From Auanema rhodensis (lineage: Eukaryota > Animalia > Nematoda): 64,000 nucleotides of DNA. Location of the stretch: assembly GCA_964057225.1 (NCBI GenBank), contig OZ059900.1, forward strand, positions 1,426,001-1,490,000, read 5' to 3'. Below are positions 27,450-42,700 of this stretch, in pieces (positions within the stretch are counted from its first letter, which is position 1; each line of letters begins with the position of its first letter). The notes beneath the pieces were generated by a model. The model made no database searches, was not told the origin of the DNA, and saw nothing but the letters and a program-made list of their open reading frames with translations. The position numbers and the translations under genes are program-made.

Positions 27450-30400
27450 TTGTCTATAACAACAAAAGTCATCAATTAAACGCTAGTGATATTTAAATAC
27501 TGATTTTCGCTCAAGTAGCATTACTACACTAAGTATGGTCGTTTTTATGCCTTTAACACCATATACTCACCGATTTTTGGTACAAATTCTGTAATACTTG
27601 TAAATTTTGATCATATTCGTTAAGATTTGAGAATCAAACATACAATACACAAAATCAGTCTATTTTTATGAGCTTGCACTGATATATATTCATTTTGATC
27701 AAAAAAGGTCGAAAATAGAAAGAATTTTTGAAATTTCCGAGTTTTGAGTCTAATTTGGCTAAATCGCTCATATATATGATCAGAAGCATAGTTTTATTGT
27801 CTATGACAACAAAAATCATCAATCAAACGCTAGTGATGTTTAAATACTGATTTTCGCTCAAATAGCATTACTACACTAAGTATGGTCGTTTTTATGCCTT
27901 TAACACCATATACTCACCGATTTTTGGTACAAAATCTGTAATACTCGTAAAATTTGATCATATTTGTTAAGATTTGAGAATCAAACACACAATACACAAA
28001 ATCAGTCTATTTTTATGAGTTTACACTGATATATATTCATTTTCATCAAAAAAGGTCGAAAATAGAAAGAATTTTTGAAATTTCCGAGTTTTGAGTCTAA
28101 TTTGGCTAAATCGCTCATATATATGATCAGAAGCATAGTTTTATTGTCTATGACAACAAAAATCATCAATTAAACGCTAGTGATGTTTAAATACTGAATT
28201 TCGCTCAAATAGCATTACTACACTAAGTATGGTCGTTTTTATGCCTTTAACACCATATACTCACCGATTTTTGGTACAAAATCTGTAATACTCGTAAATT
28301 TTGATCATATTCGGTGAGATTCGAGAATCAAACACACAATACACGAAATAAGTTTATTTTGACGAGTTTGAACTGGTATTCATTCATTTTGATCAAAAAA
28401 GGTCGAAAATAGAAAGAATTTTTGAAATTTCCGAGTTTTGAGTCTAATTTGGCTAAATCGCTCATATATATGATCAGAAGCATAGTTTTATTGTCTATGA
28501 CAACAAAAATCATCAATTAAACGCTAGTGATGTTTAAATACTGAATTTCGCTCAAATAGCATTACTACACTAAGTATGGTCGTTTTTATGCCTTTAACAC
28601 CATATACTCACCGATTTTTGGTACAAAATCTGTAATACTCGTAAATTTTGATCATATTCGGTGAGATTCGAGAATCAAACACACAATACACGAAATAAGT
28701 TTATTTTGACGAGTTTGAACTGGTATTCATTCATTTTGATCAAAAAAGGTCGAAAATAGAAAGAATTTTTGAATTTTCCGAGTTTTGAGTCCAATTGGGC
28801 TAAATCGCTCATATATATGATCAAAAGCATAGTTTTACTGTCTATGATAACAAAAGTCTTCAAATATACACTAATAATGATTGAATCACTGAATTTCACT
28901 CAAATAGCATTACTACACTAAGTATGGTCGTTTTTATGCCTTTAACACCATATACTCACCGATTTTTGGTACAAAATCTGTGATACTCGTAAATTTTGAT
29001 CATATTCGGTGAGATTCGAGAATCGAACACACAATACACAAAATAAGTCTATTTTTACGAGTTTGCACTGATATTTATTCATTTTGATCAAAAAAGGTCG
29101 AAAATAGAAAGAATTTTTGAAATTTCCGAGTTTTGAGTCTAATTTGGCTAAATCGCTCATATATATGATCAAAAGCATAGTTTTACTGTCTATGATAACA
29201 AAAGTCTTCAAATATACACTAATAATGTGTAAATCACTGAATTTCACTCAAATAGCTTTACTACACTAAGTATGGTCGTTTTTATGCCTTTAACACCATA
29301 TACTCACCGATTTTTGGTACAAAATCTGTAATACTCGTAAATTTTGATCATATTCGTTAAGATTTGAGAATCAAACATACAATACACAAAATCAGTCTAT
29401 TTTTATGAGCTTGCACTGATATATATTCATTTTGATCAAAAAAGGTCGAAAATAGAAAGAATTTTTGAATTTTCCGAGTTTTGAGTCCAATTGGGCTAAA
29501 TCGCTCATATATATGATCAAAAGCATAGTTTCACTGTCTATGATAACAAAAGTCTTCAAATATACACTAGTAATGATTAAATCACTGAATTTCACTCAAA
29601 TAGCTTTACTACACTAAGTATGGTCGTTTTTATGCCTTTAACACCATATACTCACCGATTTTTGGTACAAAATCTGTAATACTCGTAAATTTCGATCATA
29701 TCCGTTAAGATTCGAGAATCAAACACACAATACACAAAATAAGTTTATTTTTACGAGTTTGCACTGATATTTATTCATTTTGATCAAAAAAGGTCGAAAA
29801 TAGAAAGAATTTTTGAATTTTCCGAGTTTTGAGTCCAATTGGGCTAAATCGCTCATATATATGATCAAAAGCATAGTTTCACTGTCTATGATAACAAAAG
29901 TCTTCAAATATACACTAGTAATGATTAAATCACTGAATTTCACTCAAATAGCTTTACTACACTAAGTATGGTCGTTTTTATGCCTTTAACACCATATACT
30001 CACCGATTTTTGGTACAAAATCTGTAATACTCGTAAATTTCGATCATATCCGTTAAGATTCGAGAATCAAACACACAATACACGAAATAAGTTTATTTTT
30101 ACGAGTTTGCACTGATATTTATTCATTTTGATCAAAAAAGGTCGAAAATAGAAAGAATTTTTGAATTTTCCGAGTTTTGAGTCCAATTTGGCTAAATCGC
30201 TCATATATATGATCAAAAGCATAGTTCTATTGTCTATAACAACAAAAGTCTTTAATTAAACGCTAGTGATGTTTTAATACTGAATTTTGCTCAAATAGCA
30301 TTACTACACTAAGTATGGTCGTTTTTATGCCTTTAACACCATATACTCACCGATTTTTGGTACAAAATCTGTAATACTTGTAAATTTTGATCATATTCGT

Positions 30401-32239
30401 TAAGATTCGAAAATCAAACACACAATACACGAAATGAGTTTATTTTTACAAGTTTGCACTGATATTTATTCATTTTGATCAAAAAAGGTCGAAAATAGAA
30501 AGAATTTTTGAAATTTCCGAGTTTTGAGTCTAATTTGGCTAAATCGCTCATATATATGATCAGAAGCATAGGTGTATTGTCTATGACAACAAAAGTCATT
30601 AATTAAACACTAATGATGTTTAAATCACTAAATTTCGCTCTAATAGCATTACTACACTAAGTATGGTCGCTTTTATGACTTTAACACCATATACTCACCG
30701 ATTTTTGGTACAAAATCTGTAATACTCGTAAATTTTGATCATATTCGTTAAGATTTGAGAATCAAACACACAATACACAATATCAGTCTATTTTTATGAG
30801 CTTGCACTGATATATATTCATTTTGATCAAAAAAGGTCGAAAATAGAAAGAATTTTTGAAATTTCCGAGTTTTGAGTCCAATTTGGCTAAATCGCTCATA
30901 TATATGATCAAAAGCATAGTTCTATTGTCTATAACAACAAAAGTCTTTAATTAAACGCTAGTGATGTTTTAATACTGAATTTTGCTCAAATAGCATTACT
31001 ACACTAAGTATGGTCGTTTTTATGCCTTTAACACCATATACTCACCGATTTTTGGTACAAAATCTGTAATACTTGTAAGTTTTGATCATATTCGTTAAGA
31101 TTCGAAAATCAAACACACAATACACGAAATAAGTTTATTTTTACAAGTTTGCACTGATATTTATTCATTTTGATCAAAAAAGGTCGAAAATAGAAAGAAT
31201 TTTTGAAATTTCCGAGTTTTGAGTCTAATTTGGCTAAATCGCTCATATATATGATCAAAAGCATAGTTTCACTGTCTATGATAACAAAAGTCTTCAAATA
31301 TACACTAGTAATGATTAAATCACTGAATTTCACTCAAATAGCATTACTACACTAAGTATGGTCGTTTTTATGCCTTTAACACCATATACTCACCGATTTT
31401 TGGTACAAAATCTGTAATACTTGTAAATTTTGATCATATTCGTTAAGATTTGAGAATCAAACACATAATACACGAAATAAGTCTATTTTTATGAGTTTGC
31501 ACTGATATTTATTCATTTTGATCAAAAAAGGTCGAAAATAGAAAGAATTTTTGAAATTTCCGAGTTTTGAATCCAATTGGGCTAAATCGCTCATATATAT
31601 GATCAAAAGCATAGTTTTATTGTCTATGATAACAAAAGTCTTCAAATATACACTAGTAATGATTAAATCACTGAATTTCACTCAAATAGCATTACTACAC
31701 TAAGTATGGTCGTTTTTATGCCTTTAACACCATATACTCACCGATTTTTGGTACAAAATCTGTAATACTCGTAAATTTTGATCATATTCGTTAAGATTTG
31801 AGAATCAAACATACAATACACAAAATCAGTCTATTTTTATGAGCTTGCACTGATATATATTCATTTTGATCAAAAAAGGTCGAAAATAGAAAGAATTTTT
31901 GAAATTTCCGAGTTTTGAGTCTAATTTGGCTAAATCGCTCATATATATGATCAAAAGCATAGTTTTACTGTCTATGATAACAAAAGTCTTCAAATATACA
32001 CTAATAATGTGTAAATCACTGAATTTCACTCAAATAGCTTTACTACACTAAGTATGGTCGTTTTTATGCCTTTAACACCATATACTCACCGATTTTTGGT
32101 ACAAAATCTGTAATACTCGTAAATTTTGATCATATTCGTTAAGATTTGAGAATCAAACATACAATACACAAAATCAGTCTATTTTTATAAGCTTGCACTG
32201 ATATATATTCATTTTGATCAAAAAAGATCGAAAATAGAA

Positions 32240-35200
32240 AGAATTTTTGAAATTTCCGAGTTTTGAGTCCAATTTGGCTAAATCGCTCATATATATGATC
32301 AGAAGCATAAGTGTATTGTCTATGACAACAAAAGTCATTAATTAAACACTAATGATGTTTAAATCACTAAATTTCGCTCTAATAGCATTACTACACTAAG
32401 TATGGTCGTTTTTATGCCTTTAACACCATATACTCACCGATTTTTGGTACAAAATCTGTGATACTCGTAAATTTTGATCATATTCGTTAAGATTTGAAAA
32501 TCAAACACACAATAAACAAAATCAGTCTATTTTTATGAGTTTGCACTGATATATATTCATTTTGATCAAAAAAGGTCGAAAATAGAAAGAATTTTTGAAT
32601 TTTCCGAGTTTTGAGTCCAATTGGGCTAAATCGCTCATATATATGATCAGAAGCATAGATGTATTGTCTATGACAACAAAAGTCATTAATTGAACACTAA
32701 TGATGTTTAAATCACTGAATTTCGCTCAAATAGCATTACTACACTAAGGATGGTCGTTTTTATGCCTTTAACACCATATACTCACCGATTTTTGGTACAA
32801 AATCTGTGATACTCGTAAATTTTGATCATATTCGTTAAGATTCAAAAATCAAACACACAATACACGAAATAAGTTCATTTTTACGAGTTTGCACTGATAT
32901 TTATTCATTTTGATCAAAAAAGGTCGAAAATAGAAAGAATTTTTGAAATTTCCGAGTTTTGAGTCTAATTTGGCTAAATCGCTCATATATATGATCAAAA
33001 GCATAGTTTTATTGTCTATGACAACAAAAGTCATCAATTAAACGCTAGTGATGTTTAAATACTGAATTTCGCTCAAATAGCATTACTACACTAAGTATGG
33101 TCGTTTTTATGCCTTTAACACCATATACTCACCGATTTTTGGTACAAAATCTGTAATACTCGTAAATTTTGATCATATTCGTTAAGATTTGAGAATCAAA
33201 CATACAATACACAAAATCAGTCTATTTTTATGAGCTTGCACTGATATATATTCATTTTGATCAAAAAAGGTCGAAAATAGAAAGAATTTTTGAAATTTAC
33301 GAGTTTTGAGTCTAATTTGGCTAAATCGCTCATATATATGATCAAAAGCATAGTTTTATTGTCTATGACAACAAAAGTCATCAATTAAACGCTAGTGATG
33401 TTTAAATACTGAATTTCGCTCAAATAGCATTAGTACACTAAGTATGGTCGTTTTTATGCCTTTAACACCATATACTCACCGATTTTTGGTACAAAATCTG
33501 TAATACTTGTAAATTTTGATCATATTCGTTAAGATTCGAGAATCAAACACATAATACACGAAATAAGTCTATTTTTATGAGTTTGCACTGATATTTATTC
33601 ATTTTGATCAAAAAAGGTCGAAAATAGAAAGAATTTTTGAAATTTCCGAGTTTTGAGTCCAATTGGGCTAAATCGCTCATATATATGATCAAAAGCATAG
33701 TTTTACTGTCTATGATAACAAAAGTCTTCAAATATACACTAATAATGTGTAAATCACTGAATTTCACTCAAATAGCTTTACTACACTAAGTATGGTCGTT
33801 TTTATGCCTTTAACACCATATACTCACCGATTTTTGGTACAAAATCTGTAATACTCGTAAATTTTGATCATATTCGTTAAGATTTGAGAATCAAACATAC
33901 AATACACAAAATCAGTCTATTTTTATAAGCTTGCACTGATATATATTCATTTTGATCAAAAAAGGTCGAAAATAGAAAGAATTTTTGAAATTTCCGAGTT
34001 TTGAGTCTAATTTGGCTAAATCGCTCATATACATGATCAGAAGCATAGTTTCATTGTCTATGACAACAAAAGTCATCAATTTAACGCTAGTGATGTTTAA
34101 ATACTGATTTTCGCTCAAATAGCATTACTACACTAAGTATGGTCGTTTTTATGCCTTTAACACCATATACTCACCGAGTTTTGGTACAAAATCTGTGATA
34201 CTCGTAAATTTTGATCATATTCGGTGAGATTCGAGGATCGAACACACAATACACGAAATAAGTTTATTTTTACGAGTTTGCACTGATATTTATTCATTTT
34301 TATCAAAAAAGGTCGAAAATAGAAAGAATTTTTGAAATTTCCGAGTTTTGAGTCCAATTTGGCTAAATCGCTCATATATATGATCAGAAGCATAAGTGTA
34401 TTGTCTATGACAACAAAAGTCATTAATTAAACACTAATGATGTTTAAATCACTAAATTTCGCTCTAATAGCATTACTACACTAAGTATGGTCGTTTTTAT
34501 GCCTTTAACACCATATACTCACCGATTTTTGGTACAAAATCTGTGATACTCGTAAATTTTGATCATATTCGTTAAGATTTGAAAATCAAACACACAATAA
34601 ACAAAATCAGTCTATTTTTATGAGTTTGCACTGATATATATTCATTTTGATCAAAAAAGGTCGAAAATAGAAAGAATTTTTGAATTTTCCGAGTTTTGAG
34701 TCCAATTGGGCTAAATCGCTCATATATATGATCAGAAGCATAGATGTATTGTCTATGACAACAAAAGTCATTAATTGAACACTAATGATGTTTAAATCAC
34801 TGAATTTCGCTCAAATAGCATTACTACACTAAGGATGGTCGTTTTTATGCCTTTAACACCATATACTCACCGATTTTTGGTACAAAATCTGTGATACTCG
34901 TAAATTTTGATCATATTCGTTAAGATTCAAAAATCAAACACACAATACACGAAATAAGTTCATTTTTACGAGTTTGCACTGATATTTATTCATTTTGATC
35001 AAAAAAGGTCGAAAATAGAAAGAATTTTTGAAATTTCCGAGTTTTGAGTCTAATTTGGCTAAATCGCTCATATATATGATCAAAAGCATAGTTTTATTGT
35101 CTATGACAACAAAAGTCATCAATTAAACGCTAGTGATGTTTAAATACTGAATTTCGCTCAAATAGCATTACTACACTAAGTATGGTCGTTTTTATGCCTT

Positions 35201-36440
35201 TAACACCATATACTCACCGATTTTTGGTACAAAATCTGTAATACTCGTAAATTTTGATCATATTCGTTAAGATTTGAGAATCAAACATACAATACACAAA
35301 ATCAGTCTATTTTTATGAGCTTGCACTGATATATATTCATTTTGATCAAAAAAGGTCGAAAATAGAAAGAATTTTTGAAATTTACGAGTTTTGAGTCTAA
35401 TTTGGCTAAATCGCTCATATATATGATCAAAAGCATAGTTTTATTGTCTATGACAACAAAAGTCATCAATTAAACGCTAGTGATGTTTAAATACTGAATT
35501 TCGCTCAAATAGCATTAGTACACTAAGTATGGTCGTTTTTATGCCTTTAACACCATATACTCACCGATTTTTGGTACAAAATCTGTAATACTTGTAAATT
35601 TTGATCATATTCGTTAAGATTCGAGAATCAAACACATAATACACGAAATAAGTCTATTTTTATGAGTTTGCACTGATATTTATTCATTTTGATCAAAAAA
35701 GGTCGAAAATAGAAAGAATTTTTGAAATTTCCGAGTTTTGAGTCCAATTGGGCTAAATCGCTCATATATATGATCAAAAGCATAGTTTTACTGTCTATGA
35801 TAACAAAAGTCTTCAAATATACACTAATAATGTGTAAATCACTGAATTTCACTCAAATAGCTTTACTACACTAAGTATGGTCGTTTTTATGCCTTTAACA
35901 CCATATACTCACCGATTTTTGGTACAAAATCTGTAATACTCGTAAATTTTGATCATATTCGTTAAGATTTGAGAATCAAACATACAATACACAAAATCAG
36001 TCTATTTTTATAAGCTTGCACTGATATATATTCATTTTGATCAAAAAAGGTCGAAAATAGAAAGAATTTTTGAAATTTCCGAGTTTTGAGTCTAATTTGG
36101 CTAAATCGCTCATATACATGATCAGAAGCATAGTTTCATTGTCTATGACAACAAAAGTCATCAATTTAACGCTAGTGATGTTTAAATACTGATTTTCGCT
36201 CAAATAGCATTACTACACTAAGTATGGTCGTTTTTATGCCTTTAACACCATATACTCACCGAGTTTTGGTACAAAATCTGTGATACTCGTAAATTTTGAT
36301 CATATTCGGTGAGATTCGAGGATCGAACACACAATACACGAAATAAGTTTATTTTTACGAGTTTGCACTGATATTTATTCATTTTTATCAAAAAAGGTCG
36401 AAAATAGAAAGAATTTTTGAAATTTCCGAGTTTTGAGTCT
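32240..36440. repeat. 6-mer tandem duplication (2085 bp), about 2 copies
   Basis: ORFs 32849/34934, 33543/35628, 33912/35997 and 34157/36242 at offset 2085. Shared aaggatgg, tttacgag and ccgagttttgg variants. Confidence 0.87.
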
Positions 36441-39400
36441 AATTTGGCTAAATCGCTCATATATATGATCAAAAGCATAGTTTTATTGTCTATGACAACA
36501 AAAGTCATCAATTAAACGCTAGTGATGTTTAAATCACTGAATTTCACTCAAATAGCTTTACTACACTAAGTATGGTCGTTTTTATGCCTTTAACACCATA
36601 TACTCACCGATTTTTGGTACAAAATCTGTAATACTCGTAAATTTTGATCATATTCGTTAAGATTTGAGAATCAAACATACAATACACAAAATCAGTCTAT
36701 TTTTACGAGTTTGCACTGATATATATTCATTTTGATCAAAAAAGGTCGAAAATAGAAAGAATTTTTGAAATTTCCGAGTTTTGAGTCTAATTTGGCTAAA
36801 TCGCTCATATATATGATCAAAAGCATAGTTTTATTGTCTATGACAACAAAAGTCGTCAATTAAACGCTAGTGATGTTTAAATACTGAATTTCGCTCAAAT
36901 AGCATTACTACACTAAGTATGGTCGTTTTTATGCCTTTAACACCATATACTCACCGATTTTTGGTACAAAATCTGTAATACTCGTAAATTTTGATCATAT
37001 TCGTTAAGATTTGAGAATCAAACATACAATACACAAAATCAGTCTATTTTTATGAGCTTGCACTGATATATATTCATTTTGATCAAAAAAGGTCGAAAAT
37101 AGAAAGAATTTTTGAAATTTACGAGTTTTGAGTCTAATTTGGCTAAATCGCTCATATATATGATCAGAAGCATAGTTTTATTGTCTATGACAACAAAAGT
37201 CATTAGTTAAACACTAATGATGTTTAAATCACTAAATTTCGCTCAAATAGCATTACTACACTAAGTATGGTCGTTTTTATGCCTTTAACACCATATACTC
37301 ACCGATTTTTGGTACAAAATCTGTAATACTCGTAAATTTTGATCATATTCGGTGAGATTCGAGAATCAAACACACAATACACGAAATAAGTTTATTTTGA
37401 CGAGTTTGAACTGGTATTTATTCATTTTGATCAAAAAAGGTCGAAAATAGAAAGAATTTTTGAATTTTCCGAGTTTTGAGTCCAATTGGGCTAAATCGCT
37501 CATATATATGATCAAAAGCATAGTTTTACTGTCTATGATAACAAAAGTCTTCAAATATACACTAATAATGATTAAATCACTGAATTTCACTCAAATAGCA
37601 TTACTACACTAAGTATGGTCGTTTTTATGCCTTTAACACCATATACTCACCGATTTTTGGTACAAAATCTGTAATACTTGTAAATTTTGATCATATTTGT
37701 TAAGATTCGAGAATCGAACACACAATACAAAAAATAAGTCTATTTTTACAAGTTTGCACTGATATTTATTCATTTTGATCAAAAAAGGTCGAAAATAGAA
37801 AGAATTTTTGAAATTTCCGAGTTTTGAGTCTAATTTGGCTAAATCGCTCATATATATGATCAAAAGCATAGTTTTATTGTCTATAACAACAAAAGTCATC
37901 AATTAAACGCTAGTGATGTTTAAATACTGAATTTCGCTCAAATAGCATTACTACACTAAGTATGGTCGTTTTTATGCCTTTAACACCATATACTCACCGA
38001 TTTTTGGTACAAAATCTGTAATACTCGTAAATTTTGATCATATTCGTTAAGATTTGAGAATCAAACATACAATACACAAAATCAGTCTATTTTTATGAGC
38101 TTGCACTGATATATATTCATTTTGATCAAAAAAGGTCGAAAATAGAAAGAATTTTTGAAATTTACGAGTTTTGAGTCTAATTTGGCTAAATCACTCATAT
38201 ATATGATCAAAAGCATAGTTTTATTGTCTATGACAACAAAAGTCATCAATTAAACGCTAGTGATGTTTAAATACTGAATTTCGCTCAAATAGCATTAGTA
38301 CACTAAGTATGGTCGTTTTTATGCCTTTAACACCATATACTCACCGATTTTTGGTACAAAATCTGTAATACTTGTAAATTTTGATCATATTCGTTAAGAT
38401 TCGAGAATCAAACACATAATACACGAAATAAGTCTATTTTTATGAGTTTGCACTGATATTTATTCATTTTGATCAAAAAAGGTCGAAAATAGAAAGAATT
38501 TTTGAAATTTCCGAGTTTTGAGTCCAATTGGGCTAAATCGCTCATATATATGATCAAAAGCATAGTTTTACTGTCTATGATAACAAAAGTCTTCAAATAT
38601 ACACTAATAATGTGTAAATCACTGAATTTCACTCAAATAGCTTTACTACACTAAGTATGGTCGTTTTTATGCCTTTAACACCATATACTCACCGATTTTT
38701 GGTACAAAATCTGTAATACTCGTAAATTTTGATCATATTCGTTAAGATTTGAGAATCAAACATACAATACACAAAATCAGTCTATTTTTATAAGCTTGCA
38801 CTGATATATATTCATTTTGATCAAAAAAGGTCGAAAATAGAAAGAATTTTTGAAATTTCCGAGTTTTGAGTCTAATTTGGCTAAATCGCTCATATACATG
38901 ATCAGAAGCATAGTTTCATTGTCTATGACAACAAAAGTCATCAATTAAACGCTAGTGATATTTAAATACTGATTTTCGCTCAAGTAGCATTACTACACTA
39001 AGTATGGTCGTTTTTATGCCTTTAACACCATATACTCACCGATTTTTGGTACAAATTCTGTAATACTTGTAAATTTTGATCATATTCGTTAAGATTTGAG
39101 AATCAAACATACAATACACAAAATCAGTCTATTTTTATGAGCTTGCACTGATATATATTCATTTTGATCAAAAAAGGTCGAAAATAGAAAGAATTTTTGA
39201 AATTTCCGAGTTTTGAGTCTAATTTGGCTAAATCGCTCATATATATGATCAGAAGCATAGTTTTATTGTCTATGACAACAAAAATCATCAATTAAACGCT
39301 AGTGATGTTTAAATACTGATTTTCGCTCAAATAGCATTACTACACTAAGTATGGTCGTTTTTATGCCTTTAACACCATATACTCACCGATTTTTGGTACA

Positions 39401-39749
39401 AAATCTGTAATACTCGTAAAATTTGATCATATTTGTTAAGATTTGGGAATCAAACACACAATACACAAAATCAGTCTATTTTTATGAGTTTACACTGATA
39501 TATATTCATTTTCATCAAAAAAGGTCGAAAATAGAAAGAATTTTTGAAATTTCCGAGTTTTGAGTCTAATTTGGCTAAATCGCTCATATATATGATCAGA
39601 AGCATAGTTTTATTGTCTATGACAACAAAAATCATCAATTAAACGCTAGTGATGTTTAAATACTGAATTTCGCTCAAATAGCATTACTACACTAAGTATG
39701 GTCGTTTTTATGCCTTTAACACCATATACTCACCGATTTTTGGTACAAA

Positions 39750-42700
39750 ATCTGTAATACTCGTAAATTTTGATCATATTCGGTGAGATTCGAGAATCAA
39801 ACACACAATACACGAAATAAGTTTATTTTGACGAGTTTGAACTGGTATTCATTCATTTTGATCAAAAAAGGTCGAAAATAGAAAGAATTTTTGAAATTTC
39901 CGAGTTTTGAGTCTAATTTGGCTAAATCGCTCATATATATGATCAGAAGCATAGTTTTATTGTCTATGACAACAAAAATCATCAATTAAACGCTAGTGAT
40001 GTTTAAATACTGAATTTCGCTCAAATAGCATTACTACACTAAGTATGGTCGTTTTTATGCCTTTAACACCATATACTCACCGATTTTTGGTACAAAATCT
40101 GTAATACTCGTAAATTTTGATCATATTCGGTGAGATTCGAGAATCAAACACACAATACACGAAATAAGTTTATTTTGACGAGTTTGAACTGGTATTCATT
40201 CATTTTGATCAAAAAAGGTCGAAAATAGAAAGAATTTTTGAATTTTCCGAGTTTTGAGTCCAATTGGGCTAAATCGCTCATATATATGATCAAAAGCATA
40301 GTTTTACTGTCTATGATAACAAAAGTCTTCAAATATACACTAATAATGATTGAATCACTGAATTTCACTCAAATAGCATTACTACACTAAGTATGGTCGT
40401 TTTTATGCCTTTAACACCATATACTCACCGATTTTTGGTACAAAATCTGTGATACTCGTAAATTTTGATCATATTCGGTGAGATTCGAGAATCGAACACA
40501 CAATACACAAAATAAGTCTATTTTTACGAGTTTGCACTGATATTTATTCATTTTGATCAAAAAAGGTCGAAAATAGAAAGAATTTTTGAAATTTCCGAGT
40601 TTTGAGTCTAATTTGGCTAAATCGCTCATATATATGATCAAAAGCATAGTTTTACTGTCTATGATAACAAAAGTCTTCAAATATACACTAATAATGTGTA
40701 AATCACTGAATTTCACTCAAATAGCTTTACTACACTAAGTATGGTCGTTTTTATGCCTTTAACACCATATACTCACCGATTTTTGGTACAAAATCTGTAA
40801 TACTCGTAAATTTTGATCATATTCGTTAAGATTTGAGAATCAAACATACAATACACAAAATCAGTCTATTTTTATGAGCTTGCACTGATATATATTCATT
40901 TTGATCAAAAAAGGTCGAAAATAGAAAGAATTTTTGAATTTTCCGAGTTTTGAGTCCAATTGGGCTAAATCGCTCATATATATGATCAAAAGCATAGTTT
41001 CACTGTCTATGATAACAAAAGTCTTCAAATATACACTAGTAATGATTAAATCACTGAATTTCACTCAAATAGCTTTACTACACTAAGTATGGTCGTTTTT
41101 ATGCCTTTAACACCATATACTCACCGATTTTTGGTACAAAATCTGTAATACTCGTAAATTTCGATCATATCCGTTAAGATTCGAGAATCAAACACACAAT
41201 ACACAAAATAAGTTTATTTTTACGAGTTTGCACTGATATTTATTCATTTTGATCAAAAAAGGTCGAAAATAGAAAGAATTTTTGAATTTTCCGAGTTTTG
41301 AGTCCAATTGGGCTAAATCGCTCATATATATGATCAAAAGCATAGTTTCACTGTCTATGATAACAAAAGTCTTCAAATATACACTAGTAATGATTAAATC
41401 ACTGAATTTCACTCAAATAGCTTTACTACACTAAGTATGGTCGTTTTTATGCCTTTAACACCATATACTCACCGATTTTTGGTACAAAATCTGTAATACT
41501 CGTAAATTTCGATCATATCCGTTAAGATTCGAGAATCAAACACACAATACACGAAATAAGTTTATTTTTACGAGTTTGCACTGATATTTATTCATTTTGA
41601 TCAAAAAAGGTCGAAAATAGAAAGAATTTTTGAAATTTCCGAGTTTTGAGTCTAATTTGGCTAAATCGCTCATATATATGATCAAAAGCATAGTTTTATT
41701 GTCTATAACAACAAAAGTCATCAATTAAACGCTAGTGATATTTAAATACTGATTTTCGCTCAAGTAGCATTACTACACTAAGTATGGTCGTTTTTATGCC
41801 TTTAACACCATATACTCACCGATTTTTGGTACAAATTCTGTAATACTCGTAAATTTTGATCATATTCGGTGAGATTCGAGAATCAAACACACAATACACG
41901 AAATAAGTTTATTTTGACGAGTTTGAACTGGTATTCATTCATTTTGATCAAAAAAGGTCGAAAATAGAAAGAATTTTTGAAATTTCCGAGTTTTGAGTCT
42001 AATTTGGCTAAATCGCTCATATATATGATCAGAAGCATAGTTTTATTGTCTATGACAACAAAAATCATCAATTAAACGCTAGTGATGTTTAAATACTGAA
42101 TTTCGCTCAAATAGCATTACTACACTAAGTATGGTCGTTTTTATGCCTTTAACACCATATACTCACCGATTTTTGGTACAAAATCTGTAATACTCGTAAA
42201 TTTTGATCATATTCGGTGAGATTCGAGAATCAAACACACAATACACGAAATAAGTTTATTTTGACGAGTTTGAACTGGTATTCATTCATTTTGATCAAAA
42301 AAGGTCGAAAATAGAAAGAATTTTTGAATTTTCCGAGTTTTGAGTCCAATTGGGCTAAATCGCTCATATATATGATCAAAAGCATAGTTTTACTGTCTAT
42401 GATAACAAAAGTCTTCAAATATACACTAATAATGATTGAATCACTGAATTTCACTCAAATAGCATTACTACACTAAGTATGGTCGTTTTTATGCCTTTAA
42501 CACCATATACTCACCGATTTTTGGTACAAAATCTGTGATACTCGTAAATTTTGATCATATTCGGTGAGATTCGAGAATCGAACACACAATACACAAAATA
42601 AGTCTATTTTTACGAGTTTGCACTGATATTTATTCATTTTGATCAAAAAAGGTCGAAAATAGAAAGAATTTTTGAAATTTCCGAGTTTTGAGTCTAATTT

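Larger units (their letters stand above)
13976..34160. repeat. Large tandem block duplication of about 10 kb (about 13976-24430 vs about 24750-34160) with whole-monomer indels
   Basis: ORF offsets are 10775 (14426/25201 through 19639/30414), then 9384 (21725/31109 through 23465/32849), then 9731 (23812/33543, 24181/33912). Confidence 0.88.
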
